The position numbers were made by a program, and so were the translations under genes. DNA of 64,000 bases from Bacteriovoracia bacterium. GTDB taxonomy: Bacteria; Bdellovibrionota; UBA1018; JBFWNL01. The DNA lies in assembly GCA_050251055.1 (NCBI GenBank), contig JBFWNL010000003.1, positions 311,961 to 375,960 of the forward strand, in the 5' to 3' direction. Every line of letters begins with the position of its first letter. Within the stretch, counting starts at the first letter, position 1. Under the pieces are notes generated by a model. The model was given only the letters and a program-made list of their open reading frames with translations. It made no database searches and was not told where the DNA came from. This document shows positions 11,265 through 20,375 of the stretch, in pieces.

Positions 11265-11392
11265 TAAATCAATATATTATCAGATTTTGAGATACAGAAT
11301 TATTTATTTTTTAAATATTATAACAATAAATATTTAATATTATTATATTTTTTATACAAATAAAAACAAAATAAAATACATATATTGATTTA
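11265..11392. repeat. AT-rich segment bounded by a perfect 13-bp inverted repeat
   Basis: TAAATCAATATAT (11265-11277) and ATATATTGATTTA (11380-11392). 12 G/C in 128 nt by hand count. The left arm includes an exact IHF consensus WATCAANNNNTTR (11267-11279). Confidence 0.75.
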
Positions 11393-11436
11393 TAACGCAA
11401 AGCGTGCGACACACCTCCCCAAGGAGAACCCTAGCC

Positions 11437-12033
11437 ATGTCAAAGCCAAAACTTTTTTCTGCCCTCGCTCCGCTTCTACTGGCCACCACAGTGACGCTGT
11501 CCGGCGCGCTTGCCGACGGTAAGCCCACCTCGATGCCGGATCCGAATGACCAGGTCGAAGAGATCGCCGCCCACTTACGAGCCCTTAAAAAAGCCGGTGT
11601 CCGCAAAGAGGAACAACTCATCTTGAAGTGGGATGCCCTGGAAAACTCCATCCAATCGAACGAGCGCGTTTACATCGGTCTAAAACAACGCCTAGATGAC
11701 CGGCACTCCAAGCGCCCACTTCCCAAGGCAGAGCGTGTCCGCATTGAACGCGAGCTAGGCATCGTCTGGGACCGAATCGCGCAGCTATCTAGCCTTCAAT
11801 ATGCGATCGAAGTAGCGATCTACGCGCCCATTGACCTGACGAAGTTCGACGGCCATCCCGACGTCGACTGGCTGGATCTAGCGCAAAAACACCAAGCCGA
11901 GCGTCCACGTGACCTGCGCGCGGAAGCGGAAGGCCTCCGCGAGGCGAAGCCCGAAAAGAAGTGCGGCGAGCGGAAACCAGAAAAGCAAAACGCCTTCCCG
12001 CAGAAGAACCATCCCCCCGCCAAGTGCGGATAA
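11437..12033 (+). CDS. Secreted helical/coiled-coil hypothetical protein
   Basis: AAGGAG RBS at 11421, ATG 11437, signal peptide MSKPKLFSALAPLLLATTVTLSGALA. Confidence 0.75.
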   Translation: MSKPKLFSALAPLLLATTVTLSGALADGKPTSMPDPNDQVEEIAAHLRALKKAGVRKEEQLILKWDALENSIQSNERVYIGLKQRLDDRHSKRPLPKAERVRIERELGIVWDRIAQLSSLQYAIEVAIYAPIDLTKFDGHPDVDWLDLAQKHQAERPRDLRAEAEGLREAKPEKKCGERKPEKQNAFPQKNHPPAKCG

Positions 12034-12128
12034 GCAAGTCTCTCTCACACCCCAGGGCGCGGATCACGAGACGAGGAAAGGATCACCGGAGCTCGTGGTC
12101 CGCGTCTTCCGACCACGAAAGAGTCAAT

Positions 12129-13295
12129 TTATCCGTGGCCACCCATCAGGAACGGCTGGGCAAGGAAGCCCATGTCTCGGCCCTCGAGCGAACGCGCGAA
12201 AAAATCGTGCGCTTCCGCCCAGAGCGCGTCAGGCTCGGCGATCGTGAAGACCTTCTTGCGAAACTCGTGGCAGCCCGGATAGCCGGCCGAATACCACGCC
12301 AGGAATTTGCGGGCATGCACCATGGCCATGCGCGGGATAAAGCTTTCGTTCAAGAGCACGCGCTGGTCATTTAGCAAAGACTGGAAGCGCGCCAACGTTG
12401 GGGGCGCATACGCCTCTCCCCGCCAAATGGCCGCGGATTCCTCAAAGATAAATGGATTACGCAAAGCGCCCCGGCCGATCAAGACTGCATCCACCCCATA
12501 CTTGCGGAAGCGCTCCACCGCGATCGGCGGCGTATTTAAATCGCCGTTACCTAAAATAGGAATCGGGCTCTTCGCTTTTACGTCGCCAATAAAATCCCAA
12601 TCCGCCTCGCCGCTATAACCTTGCGCGCGCGTGCGGCCGTGAATCGCCACCCAAGCCACGCCGGCGTCCGCCGCGGCCCGCACGACTTCGATAGCGTTAC
12701 GGGAGTTCGCGTCCCAACCGGTGCGGATCTTGATCGTCACCGGAATTTTCACGGCTTTGACCATCGCCGAAAGCGTCTTACCCAGCTCGCGGGGATTGCG
12801 GCACATCGCCGACCCTGCGCCCTTGTTGACCACCTTCGGAACGGGACAGCCCAAGTTCAAGTCCACAAAATCGGCGCCCGTGCGCTCGATATGACGGGAA
12901 GCCCCGCACAGGCGCTCGGTATCCTCGCCAAAAATCTGGAAACCAATCAGACGCTCTTCGTCGTGGTACTTCAGCATGCTGAGTGTGCGCTCGCCCGCGT
13001 ATTCCATGCCGTTGGCGGAAATGAGCTCCGAGATCATGACCGAACTCTGCATCCGGCGCATCAAGCGGCGATACGGCGAATTACAGATGCCCGCCATCGG
13101 CGCAAGGATAAAGGGGTGATCGATTTCAAACGGACCGAGCTTAATCTTCGCGCGCGGAGCGGAAACCTCACCGTGCGGGGACGCGGCGCCCACGCTCAAG
13201 CCCGGCCCGACGGGTCCCGTGACGACAGGAGAAGAAGTCTCATTCGGTCGCAGCTTCATCGGCGGCAAGCTATTGATCGTGGACGACGGCTGCAC
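12129..13295 (-). CDS. dusB: tRNA-dihydrouridine synthase (DusB/NifR3 family)
   Basis: LAPMAG, DLNLGCP, GAGSAM, TIKIRTGWD, IHGRT, GNGD, IGRG. AAGGAG before GTG 13295. Confidence 0.93.
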   Translation of the reverse strand: MQPSSTINSLPPMKLRPNETSSPVVTGPVGPGLSVGAASPHGEVSAPRAKIKLGPFEIDHPFILAPMAGICNSPYRRLMRRMQSSVMISELISANGMEYAGERTLSMLKYHDEERLIGFQIFGEDTERLCGASRHIERTGADFVDLNLGCPVPKVVNKGAGSAMCRNPRELGKTLSAMVKAVKIPVTIKIRTGWDANSRNAIEVVRAAADAGVAWVAIHGRTRAQGYSGEADWDFIGDVKAKSPIPILGNGDLNTPPIAVERFRKYGVDAVLIGRGALRNPFIFEESAAIWRGEAYAPPTLARFQSLLNDQRVLLNESFIPRMAMVHARKFLAWYSAGYPGCHEFRKKVFTIAEPDALWAEAHDFFARSLEGRDMGFLAQPFLMGGHG

Positions 13296-13323
13296 GAATA
13301 CTCCTTACAAAACCTCGAAACAC

Positions 13324-14643
13324 CTAGCGGCGCAACTTCAAGATATCCGCACGCTCTTTCGGCGTATCAACTGTGAGGTTCTCGTAGCCTTGCGCGGTCA
13401 CGAGGATGTCGTCCTCGATGCGAATGCCGATGTTACGGAACTTATCCGGCACTCCCGCATCTCCCGGCTGGAAGTACAAGCCCGGCTCCACGGTCAGCAC
13501 CATCCCCGCCTCCAGCGGCCGCGATTTGCCGTTCATGTAATAAAGACCAGCGTCATGCACGTCCATGCCCAAGTAGTGACCCGTGCCGTGCGGGTAGAAA
13601 CGCTTGTGGTCGCCCTTCTGAATAATTTCCTTCACGCCGCCCTTGAGCAGCCCGAGCGAAACCAGGCCTTCCACCAAGGTCTCCGTCGCGGTTTGATGAA
13701 TGCGCTCGTACTCCACGCCCGGACGAATCACCGCGAGCGCGGCCTTCTGCGCGCGTAAAACCAAGTCGTAAATCGTGGCTTGGGCATCGGTGAACTCACG
13801 GCCCACTGGATAAGTGCGCGTGATGTCGGCCGTGTAGTAGTCGTGTTCGCCACCCGCATCGATTAAGAAAAGATCACCGTCGCGCAGCACTTCATTGTTC
13901 GCGACATAATGCAGGCACGTGCAATTCTTACCGCCAGCGATAATACTGCCATAGCCGTTGCGTTGGCAGCCATGTTTGCGGAACTGGTAGTCGATCAGCG
14001 CTTCCATCTCGGACTCGTTCACGCCGGGGCGAATTTCCTTCATCACCGCGATATGCGCCTGTGACGAAGCCTGGCCCGCCTTGCGCAGCAGTTCCACCTC
14101 TTCGACCGATTTAATGAGTCGCAGCTCGCCCACCGCTTCTAGCGGATCGACGACCGTGGGAAGTGCATAACCCGTGCGGCCCTGCATGACGACCGCGCGC
14201 TCGAGGCAAGCCTGCACGCGGCGATCCATCGCTTCGGACCTTCCCTGACGGAAATGAACCTTGCGCACGCCTTTGAGCAGGGTCGGCAAGATCGCATCGA
14301 ACTCGCCCGTGGGGTAGGTGCGGTCCACTCCGAAAACCTTCAGCGCGCCATCGACGCCGTAACGTTCGCCGTCCCAGATCTCGCGCTCGACGTTACGTTC
14401 GCGCACGAAGAGCAATGTCTGGTAAGTGCCTGCGCCCGGCTGCGGCGCGAGCACCAGGAACGACTCGGGCTCGTCGAAGCCACTCAAATAGTAAAAATTC
14501 GTTTCTTGGCGAAACGGATAGTGCACGTCGTGGTTGCGGTAAGGATGGGGATTCGCGGGAAAGATGAAGAGCGAATCCGGATGATTCCGCATCAAAGCGT
14601 CGCGACGTTTTTTGAAGTAAGTAGGGACCGAGGTTTTCAGCAT
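13324..14643 (-). CDS. pepP: Xaa-Pro aminopeptidase
   Basis: FRQETNFYYLSGF, LHY, DAG..YTADITRT, HGTGHYLGMDVHD, TVEPGLY, GIRIEDD. Confidence 0.96.
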   Translation of the reverse strand: MLKTSVPTYFKKRRDALMRNHPDSLFIFPANPHPYRNHDVHYPFRQETNFYYLSGFDEPESFLVLAPQPGAGTYQTLLFVRERNVEREIWDGERYGVDGALKVFGVDRTYPTGEFDAILPTLLKGVRKVHFRQGRSEAMDRRVQACLERAVVMQGRTGYALPTVVDPLEAVGELRLIKSVEEVELLRKAGQASSQAHIAVMKEIRPGVNESEMEALIDYQFRKHGCQRNGYGSIIAGGKNCTCLHYVANNEVLRDGDLFLIDAGGEHDYYTADITRTYPVGREFTDAQATIYDLVLRAQKAALAVIRPGVEYERIHQTATETLVEGLVSLGLLKGGVKEIIQKGDHKRFYPHGTGHYLGMDVHDAGLYYMNGKSRPLEAGMVLTVEPGLYFQPGDAGVPDKFRNIGIRIEDDILVTAQGYENLTVDTPKERADILKLRR

Positions 14644-14790
14644 AAGGCCACCTTATTAACATGATACTCCACCCCGTTAAATATCGATTTTTTCAACGTT
14701 TTTTCCGACAGTTAGGCGCTTCTATTCACCGTCACCCAAAAAGCCTTAACTTGCCGCGGTTAGGTGGGTTGTGCTAGCTCATTAGGCCTT

Positions 14791-15267
14791 ATGTCGAACA
14801 AAGTCCCCATGACCCTGAACGGGAAGAAGAAGCTCGAGGAAGAGCTCAAGCACCTGATGTCAGTGGAGCGTCCGGCCGTGGTGAAAGCCATTGAAGTCGC
14901 GCGCGCGCACGGGGACATTTCCGAAAACGCGGACTACTCCGCAGCCAAGGAGCGCCAGGGATTTATCGAAGGCCGCATCGGCGAAATCAACGGCAAGCTT
15001 GCGATGGCCGAAGTGATCGATCCCGCCGCCATCAAGGCCGAAACCGTCGTATTCGGCGCCACGGTGGACGTGGAGGAGCAGGAATCCGGCAAGAAAACTA
15101 CGTTCCAGATCGTCGGCGTGGACGAGGCCGACATTAAATCCGGCAAAGTGGGGATCTCCTCCCCGCTCGCCCGCGCCCTCATTGGCAAGCGCATGGGCGA
15201 CGAAGCGATCGTGCATGCCCCCAAGGGACAAATCACTTACGACATCCTCAAGATCCGATACCAATAA
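14791..15267 (+). CDS. greA: Transcription elongation factor GreA
   Basis: ARAHGDISENADYSAAKE, ISSPLARALIGK. Start placed at ATG 14791. Confidence 0.97.
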   Translation: MSNKVPMTLNGKKKLEEELKHLMSVERPAVVKAIEVARAHGDISENADYSAAKERQGFIEGRIGEINGKLAMAEVIDPAAIKAETVVFGATVDVEEQESGKKTTFQIVGVDEADIKSGKVGISSPLARALIGKRMGDEAIVHAPKGQITYDILKIRYQ

Positions 15268-17407
15268 CCCAAAAGATATTGGTGTTCAGTTCGTAAAGGG
15301 AGTCGGCCCCGCGCTAGGCGCCGTTTTCGCCAATCGCGAGCTCGCGACCGTACGCGATCTCCTTTATTTCTTTCCGCGCGCGTACGAAGACCGCTCGCGC
15401 ATCACGCCGGTCGAAGCGCTGCAAGAAGGCATGCGCGCGTCGATCGAAGTCACCGTCATCAGCACGCGCAAGATCCCCATGCGCGGACGCAAGGGCCGCG
15501 GTGGGACGATGCTCGATGTGCGCTGCGCGGACGCGACCGGAACGATCAACCTGAAGTGGTTCCATACTCCCCACGGGCTCGATAAGCAGTTCACCGAAGG
15601 CAAACCGATCCTGGCCACCGGGCTCGTGAAGAAATTCATGGGCAAGGCCGAGATCGTCCACCCGGAAATATCCGGCGGCGTGGCCGAAGCCAGCCGCGAC
15701 GTTGGTCGCATCATCCCCGTTTACACGGAGCTCGACGGTATCCCCACCCGGCGGCTGCGCAACGTGCTCACGAACGCGGTAGAGACCTTCCTTCCCGCCT
15801 TGCCCGAATCTCTGCCCGCAAAATACATCCAGAAGTGGGGGCTGCCGTCGCTGCGGGAGGCCGTGAAGTTCCTCCACTTCCCGCCCACGGATCACCCCGA
15901 CTACTCGCCCGAAAAACTCGTGGCCTTCGATACCCCCGCGCATCACCGGCTTATCTTCGAGGAATTTTTCAAGTTCGAGTTTCTGGTCCTGCGCAAGCGG
16001 GCGAACGTGGCGCGCGAGCATGCACCGGCGATGGACCCGGTCCGACTACGCGCTCACCTAGACCATTTGCGTAGCCTGCTCCCCTTCCAACTCACCGACG
16101 GACAAAAAAAAGCGCTCCAAGACGTGGTCGGCGACCTCACGCGCGCCGATCCCCATCCTGCCCCGAGCAATCGGCTGGTGCAAGGCGACGTGGGCTGCGG
16201 CAAGACCGCGGTCGCGCTACTGGCTGCCAGCGCGGTGCTCGGCGAAGGCGGGCAAGCCGCGCTCATGGCGCCCACGGAAATATTAGCCGAGCAGCACCTG
16301 CGCAATGCCCAAAAACTTTTCGGCGGAAAAATTCGCTGCCTTTTCCTCACGGGAAAGACCACGGCGGCCGAACGTAAGCCCATCCTCTCGGCCATGAAAG
16401 TGGGCGAGCCCGCATTACTCATCGGCACGCACGCGTTGCTCGAGGATCCAGTGGCATTTAAAAATCTCGACCTCGTCATCATCGATGAGCAGCACCGTTT
16501 TGGCGTCGATCAACGCCGCACCCTACGGGAAAAGGGGGTGCGCAAGGACGCCACCGGTACCCTGCTCCACCCGCACATGCTGATCCTGAGCGCGACGCCG
16601 ATTCCGCGTACGCTGGCGCTCACGGTATATGGCGACCTGGAAGTCACCTCGATCACTGACATGCCGCCGGGGCGCAGCCCGGTGAAAACGCACATCGTAC
16701 GCGAAGGCTGGAAGCCGCGGGCGTTCGAGCGCATCCGCGAGGAATTGAAATCCGGCCGTCAGGCGTACTTCATCTATCCACTCGTGAACGAGAGCGAGGC
16801 CGAAGGCTTTACCGACCTCAAGGACGCCACGAGCCAGATGGAACTCCTCCGCAGCGAGGTCTTCACGGAGTTCAAAGTCGGGCTACTGCACGGAAAGATG
16901 TCGTCGGAGGAAAAAGCCGACGTGATGGAAAAGTTCAAGCGCAACGAACTGCAGGTTTTAGTTTCCACGACCGTCGTCGAGGTCGGCGTGGACGTGCCGA
17001 ATGCGACCGTCATGGCCATCGAGCATTCCGAGCGCTTTGGGCTCTCGCAGCTCCACCAGCTCCGGGGTCGCGTCGGCCGCGGCTCGCACCAGTCCTACTG
17101 CTTTTTATTCATCGGCAAGCGCCTAGGCGAGATCGGCAGCATGCGACTCGAAACGCTCGAGCAAACGACCGACGGCTTCAAGATCGCCGAGGCGGATCTA
17201 GAGATTCGTGGCCCCGGAGAATTTCTCGGCACGCGCCAAAGCGGGGGCCTTGCATTCAAGATCGCAAACCTGGTGCGCGACCGTGATTGGCTCCTGCGCG
17301 CGCGTGAGGAAGCGGCCGACCTGCTCGCAAGCGATCCCAACCTAACCGATCCGGAAAATTTGCGCCTGAGGGACGCCCTAAAACACGATGGCTTCGAGCA
17401 AAGCTAA
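15215..17407 (+). CDS. recG: ATP-dependent DNA helicase RecG
   Basis: VKGVGP, FPRAYEDR, QGDVGCGKT, DEQHRFG, SATPIPRTL, QLHQLRGRVGR, DLEIRGPGE. Start uncertain; first in-frame ATG 15215 lies inside greA. Confidence 0.96.
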   Translation: MPPRDKSLTTSSRSDTNNPKDIGVQFVKGVGPALGAVFANRELATVRDLLYFFPRAYEDRSRITPVEALQEGMRASIEVTVISTRKIPMRGRKGRGGTMLDVRCADATGTINLKWFHTPHGLDKQFTEGKPILATGLVKKFMGKAEIVHPEISGGVAEASRDVGRIIPVYTELDGIPTRRLRNVLTNAVETFLPALPESLPAKYIQKWGLPSLREAVKFLHFPPTDHPDYSPEKLVAFDTPAHHRLIFEEFFKFEFLVLRKRANVAREHAPAMDPVRLRAHLDHLRSLLPFQLTDGQKKALQDVVGDLTRADPHPAPSNRLVQGDVGCGKTAVALLAASAVLGEGGQAALMAPTEILAEQHLRNAQKLFGGKIRCLFLTGKTTAAERKPILSAMKVGEPALLIGTHALLEDPVAFKNLDLVIIDEQHRFGVDQRRTLREKGVRKDATGTLLHPHMLILSATPIPRTLALTVYGDLEVTSITDMPPGRSPVKTHIVREGWKPRAFERIREELKSGRQAYFIYPLVNESEAEGFTDLKDATSQMELLRSEVFTEFKVGLLHGKMSSEEKADVMEKFKRNELQVLVSTTVVEVGVDVPNATVMAIEHSERFGLSQLHQLRGRVGRGSHQSYCFLFIGKRLGEIGSMRLETLEQTTDGFKIAEADLEIRGPGEFLGTRQSGGLAFKIANLVRDRDWLLRAREEAADLLASDPNLTDPENLRLRDALKHDGFEQS

Positions 17408-17415
17408 GGATAATA

Positions 17416-18777
17416 TCAAGGATGATATCGATGTACCGTGAAACCATCATCGGATGAGATCGCAACGAGCACGCGCCCGTCGTCGGGCTGACGGACGAGC
17501 GCGATTCCGTGATCCTTACCCACCTGGGTAAGAAATGATCCCGTGGGCCGCACTTCCCCACCCCGTTGGCAAGTGAGGTCACCGAAACAGGGATCCGGCT
17601 TTCCGAGCGCTCCGTATTTGCGCAAGGAAACCTCCAACCCCCCTTTGAGGGTGGAAGCTACGTAAATTTCTCCCGTTTCACCTGAAACGACGGCTCGGGC
17701 CATATCACTGCCGCCCGCGACGCTGGCCGGAGCCTCGCGAATCACTCCGCCGTCCCCGAATTTTTCATCTATCTCGCCAATGTCAGTATAGCGAGCCACG
17801 GCGATACGCTTGTCGCACACCCCGGCCAAGACCATCTTGCCATCGGTTTGGATCGTAACCGCGCGCGCAACATTGCCATCGCCCAGCCGATGAAAAACCA
17901 TACCGCGTCTGCCGAACGAACGATCCAGGCGTCCATTTTCCAAGTAGCGCACCATCGCAAAACCGTCGGCCGCTTCCCCGGAGGAGTTCGCCAGTCCAGC
18001 GAGCACAATGCGGCCCTCTTCATCCAACTCGAGTCCATACGCGACATCTGCACTGAGGTCGCGGGCCATCGCCAAGGATTCCGAAAAATCGGTAGTCACT
18101 TGCCCGTACCGGCCGAAAGACACATCCAACTCGCCCTCCGGCGTGAAACGGACGACGGCAAAGTGCGAGCTGCGTCCCGGCATCGCGTAACCCGCGACGA
18201 CGATCTTGCCGTCCGCCTGTACCCGCATCCCGTAGGCGCGATTAAAGGAACCATAAAACGTCGAGGTCGCCACGCCACGTGCGCCGAAACTTTCGTCGAC
18301 CTGCCCGTTTTCCAGCAACCGCAGCACCGTGAAGTTCTGACTGCGGCGCGAATCGAGCCGAGTACCCGCGACCAAGATTTTTCCGTCCGCTTGCACCGCC
18401 ACTGCCGTGGCTTCCTCGTTGCCGCCAAAGTCCCGCATCACGGCGCCGTGCTCGCCAAAGCTCGGGTCAGGTTGCCCGTCGGGCATCATGCGGGCGACGA
18501 AGAAATCGTCGCCGCGCCGACCACGAAAATAAGTACCCGCGATGAGGATTCGCCCATCGGCCTGCACGGCCAGGGCGTTCGTATAGACCCCGCCTTTAAA
18601 GAAGAGATGCGCAACCCCCGCCGTACCAAAACTGGCGTCCAAGCCACCTGCCGCGTCGCTTCGGACGGAATGAGGAATCGTCGGCGCCGATGCGGGAAGT
18701 TGCGGGGAACACCCGGTAACACCCCAGGCCAGGGCGGTCATCACCCCACTCCAGCGCTTAAATCTCCGCAGTTCCAT
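17416..18777 (-). CDS. Delta-60 repeat beta-propeller lipoprotein
   Basis: About 6-7 repeats of (A)VQxDGKI(L/V)VAG...RxxxdGxLDxSFGxxG. Lipobox VTGC. Start placed at ATG 18777. Confidence 0.88.
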   Translation of the reverse strand: MELRRFKRWSGVMTALAWGVTGCSPQLPASAPTIPHSVRSDAAGGLDASFGTAGVAHLFFKGGVYTNALAVQADGRILIAGTYFRGRRGDDFFVARMMPDGQPDPSFGEHGAVMRDFGGNEEATAVAVQADGKILVAGTRLDSRRSQNFTVLRLLENGQVDESFGARGVATSTFYGSFNRAYGMRVQADGKIVVAGYAMPGRSSHFAVVRFTPEGELDVSFGRYGQVTTDFSESLAMARDLSADVAYGLELDEEGRIVLAGLANSSGEAADGFAMVRYLENGRLDRSFGRRGMVFHRLGDGNVARAVTIQTDGKMVLAGVCDKRIAVARYTDIGEIDEKFGDGGVIREAPASVAGGSDMARAVVSGETGEIYVASTLKGGLEVSLRKYGALGKPDPCFGDLTCQRGGEVRPTGSFLTQVGKDHGIALVRQPDDGRVLVAISSDDGFTVHRYHP

Positions 18778-18831
18778 GGTGCGGTGCGATATCAAGGGTG
18801 GGTGTAACACGTCAATCTGAAAGGAGTTTTT

Positions 18832-18892
18832 GTAAATTACTTTAATTTACTGAACTCCCTTAGTTGACTAAGTTAATGCAATGCATTAATAT
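18832..18892 (+). promoter_or_regulatory. Sigma-70 promoter overlapped by three palindromes upstream of the XRE regulator
   Basis: GTAAATTA-CTT-TAATTTAC (18832-50), CTTAGT-TG-ACTAAG (18859-72), TTAATGCA-A-TGCATTAA (18873-89). TTGACT-N17-TAATAT ends 8 nt before the ATG. Confidence 0.65.
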
Positions 18893-18900
18893 AGACCAAT

Positions 18901-19392
18901 ATGGTTGATTCACCGCGACCAGATTCATCGAAGCGTCCGAGATTGGTGGGAAACTTCATCCGCCAGCGCCGGGAAGCGCTGGGGCTCTCGCAGCGCGCCC
19001 TGGGTCAGCTCTTTGATCCACCGGTGACCACTCAATTCATTTCGAACGTGGAACGCGGGGTAACCCCTCTTCCACCCACGCACGTGGCGACGCTTTCCAA
19101 GGCGCTCGTCATCACGGAAACCGAAATTTTGGAAATCCTCGAAAAAGAATACGTCGCTAAACTCTCGGGACGACTCGGGGTGAGCGACGTGAAAGTCGAC
19201 GGCAGCGCGCACCCGCACCTGGTTGTGGGTTCTGAAGATTACGATCTGATGCGCAAACTCTACGATGCTTACCGCCGCGCCAACGAGGAAAACAAACGCG
19301 CCTTCATTACCGTGTGTGAAAGCATGCTCGGCATGGTGAAGCCAAAACCTGATAACGACGGTTCCGACCGCTCGGGTCAAACCCCGCTCTAA
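18901..19392 (+). CDS. XRE/Cro-CI family HTH transcriptional regulator
   Basis: IRQRREALGLSQRALG...TTQFISNVERG. Confidence 0.88.
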   Translation: MVDSPRPDSSKRPRLVGNFIRQRREALGLSQRALGQLFDPPVTTQFISNVERGVTPLPPTHVATLSKALVITETEILEILEKEYVAKLSGRLGVSDVKVDGSAHPHLVVGSEDYDLMRKLYDAYRRANEENKRAFITVCESMLGMVKPKPDNDGSDRSGQTPL

Positions 19393-19433
19393 ACCGGTCC
19401 TCACGGTAATCCGCTTCTTGCGTCTGGAAACTC

Positions 19434-20375
19434 ATGATACTCAAAGGGCCCATGCGGCAACCCGAAATGAATCATCCGGACTCGGCTTCCCTGGCGGGCT
19501 CGGCGGCGGCGCCTTCCGCTACCAACGGATATTTCCATAGCCATGACCGCGTGAAACTCTTTTACAGCGTAGAGGGCACGGGTAAACCGTTGATCTTTTG
19601 TTACGGCTTGATCTGCTCCAGCCTGCACTGGAGCTACCAAACCCCTCATTTCCGCAAAACGCATAAAACCGTATGGTTCGACTATCGCGGCCACCACAAC
19701 TCGGAAACGCCCAAGGACATCAAAACCATTACCATCGCCAATACGGCGAAGGACCTGCTCAAACTAATGGACGAGTTGGGATTAGAGCAGGCGGTGATAC
19801 TGGGTCACAGCATGGGCGTGAACGTCGCGCTCGAAACGGCGCGCGTGGCTCGGCACCGCGTGGCGGGACTCGTGCTTTCCAACGGCACCGCCAAGCGCCC
19901 CTTCGAGAACATGTTCAGCCGCAACTGGTGCGAGACGGGCATCGATTACATCCGTAAGGCGTATCGTCTGAGTCCAAAGCTTGCCTCCAAACTTTGGCGG
20001 CTGCAGCGCGATTCCGCGCTCACCCACCAGATTATTTCCTTCGGCGGATTCAACACCAACCTCACCAAGCGCGAAGATATCCGTAAATACATCGAAGGCT
20101 TCCTGAGCGTGGATTTGGGAATTTTTCTACAGGTGGCGGACGACTATCATCGCTACGACGCCACGCCGTGGCTGCACACGATCCAAACGCCGACGCTGAT
20201 CCTGGCGGGCGAAAACGACAAGATGACGCCGACCGTGGAGCAAGAGCTTTTGCGCCAGCTCATGCCCAACTCCCAGCTCGAGATCATCAAGCACGGCAGT
20301 CACTGCGTGCAGATGGATCTGCCCGATCTGGTGAATTCCCGCATTCGGCGTTTCCTGAAGACGATCTCCTACTAG
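19434..20375 (+). CDS. Alpha/beta hydrolase
   Basis: DYRGH, GHSMG nucleophile elbow, GENDKMTP, GSH. Start may be a later ATG. Confidence 0.92.
   Translation: MILKGPMRQPEMNHPDSASLAGSAAAPSATNGYFHSHDRVKLFYSVEGTGKPLIFCYGLICSSLHWSYQTPHFRKTHKTVWFDYRGHHNSETPKDIKTITIANTAKDLLKLMDELGLEQAVILGHSMGVNVALETARVARHRVAGLVLSNGTAKRPFENMFSRNWCETGIDYIRKAYRLSPKLASKLWRLQRDSALTHQIISFGGFNTNLTKREDIRKYIEGFLSVDLGIFLQVADDYHRYDATPWLHTIQTPTLILAGENDKMTPTVEQELLRQLMPNSQLEIIKHGSHCVQMDLPDLVNSRIRRFLKTISY

Noticed and set aside
11240-11400. AT-rich tract as replication origin
   Set aside because: Only one imperfect DnaA-box-like word (TTATACAAA) and no dnaA, dnaN, gidA or parAB context.
17416-18777. DNA repeat array or CRISPR
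   Set aside because: Repeats are at protein level (delta-60 blades). No identical direct repeats with spacers and no cas genes were seen anywhere in the window.
18901-19392. Prophage or integrative element marked by the XRE gene
   Set aside because: No integrase, structural, replication or toxin-partner genes nearby.
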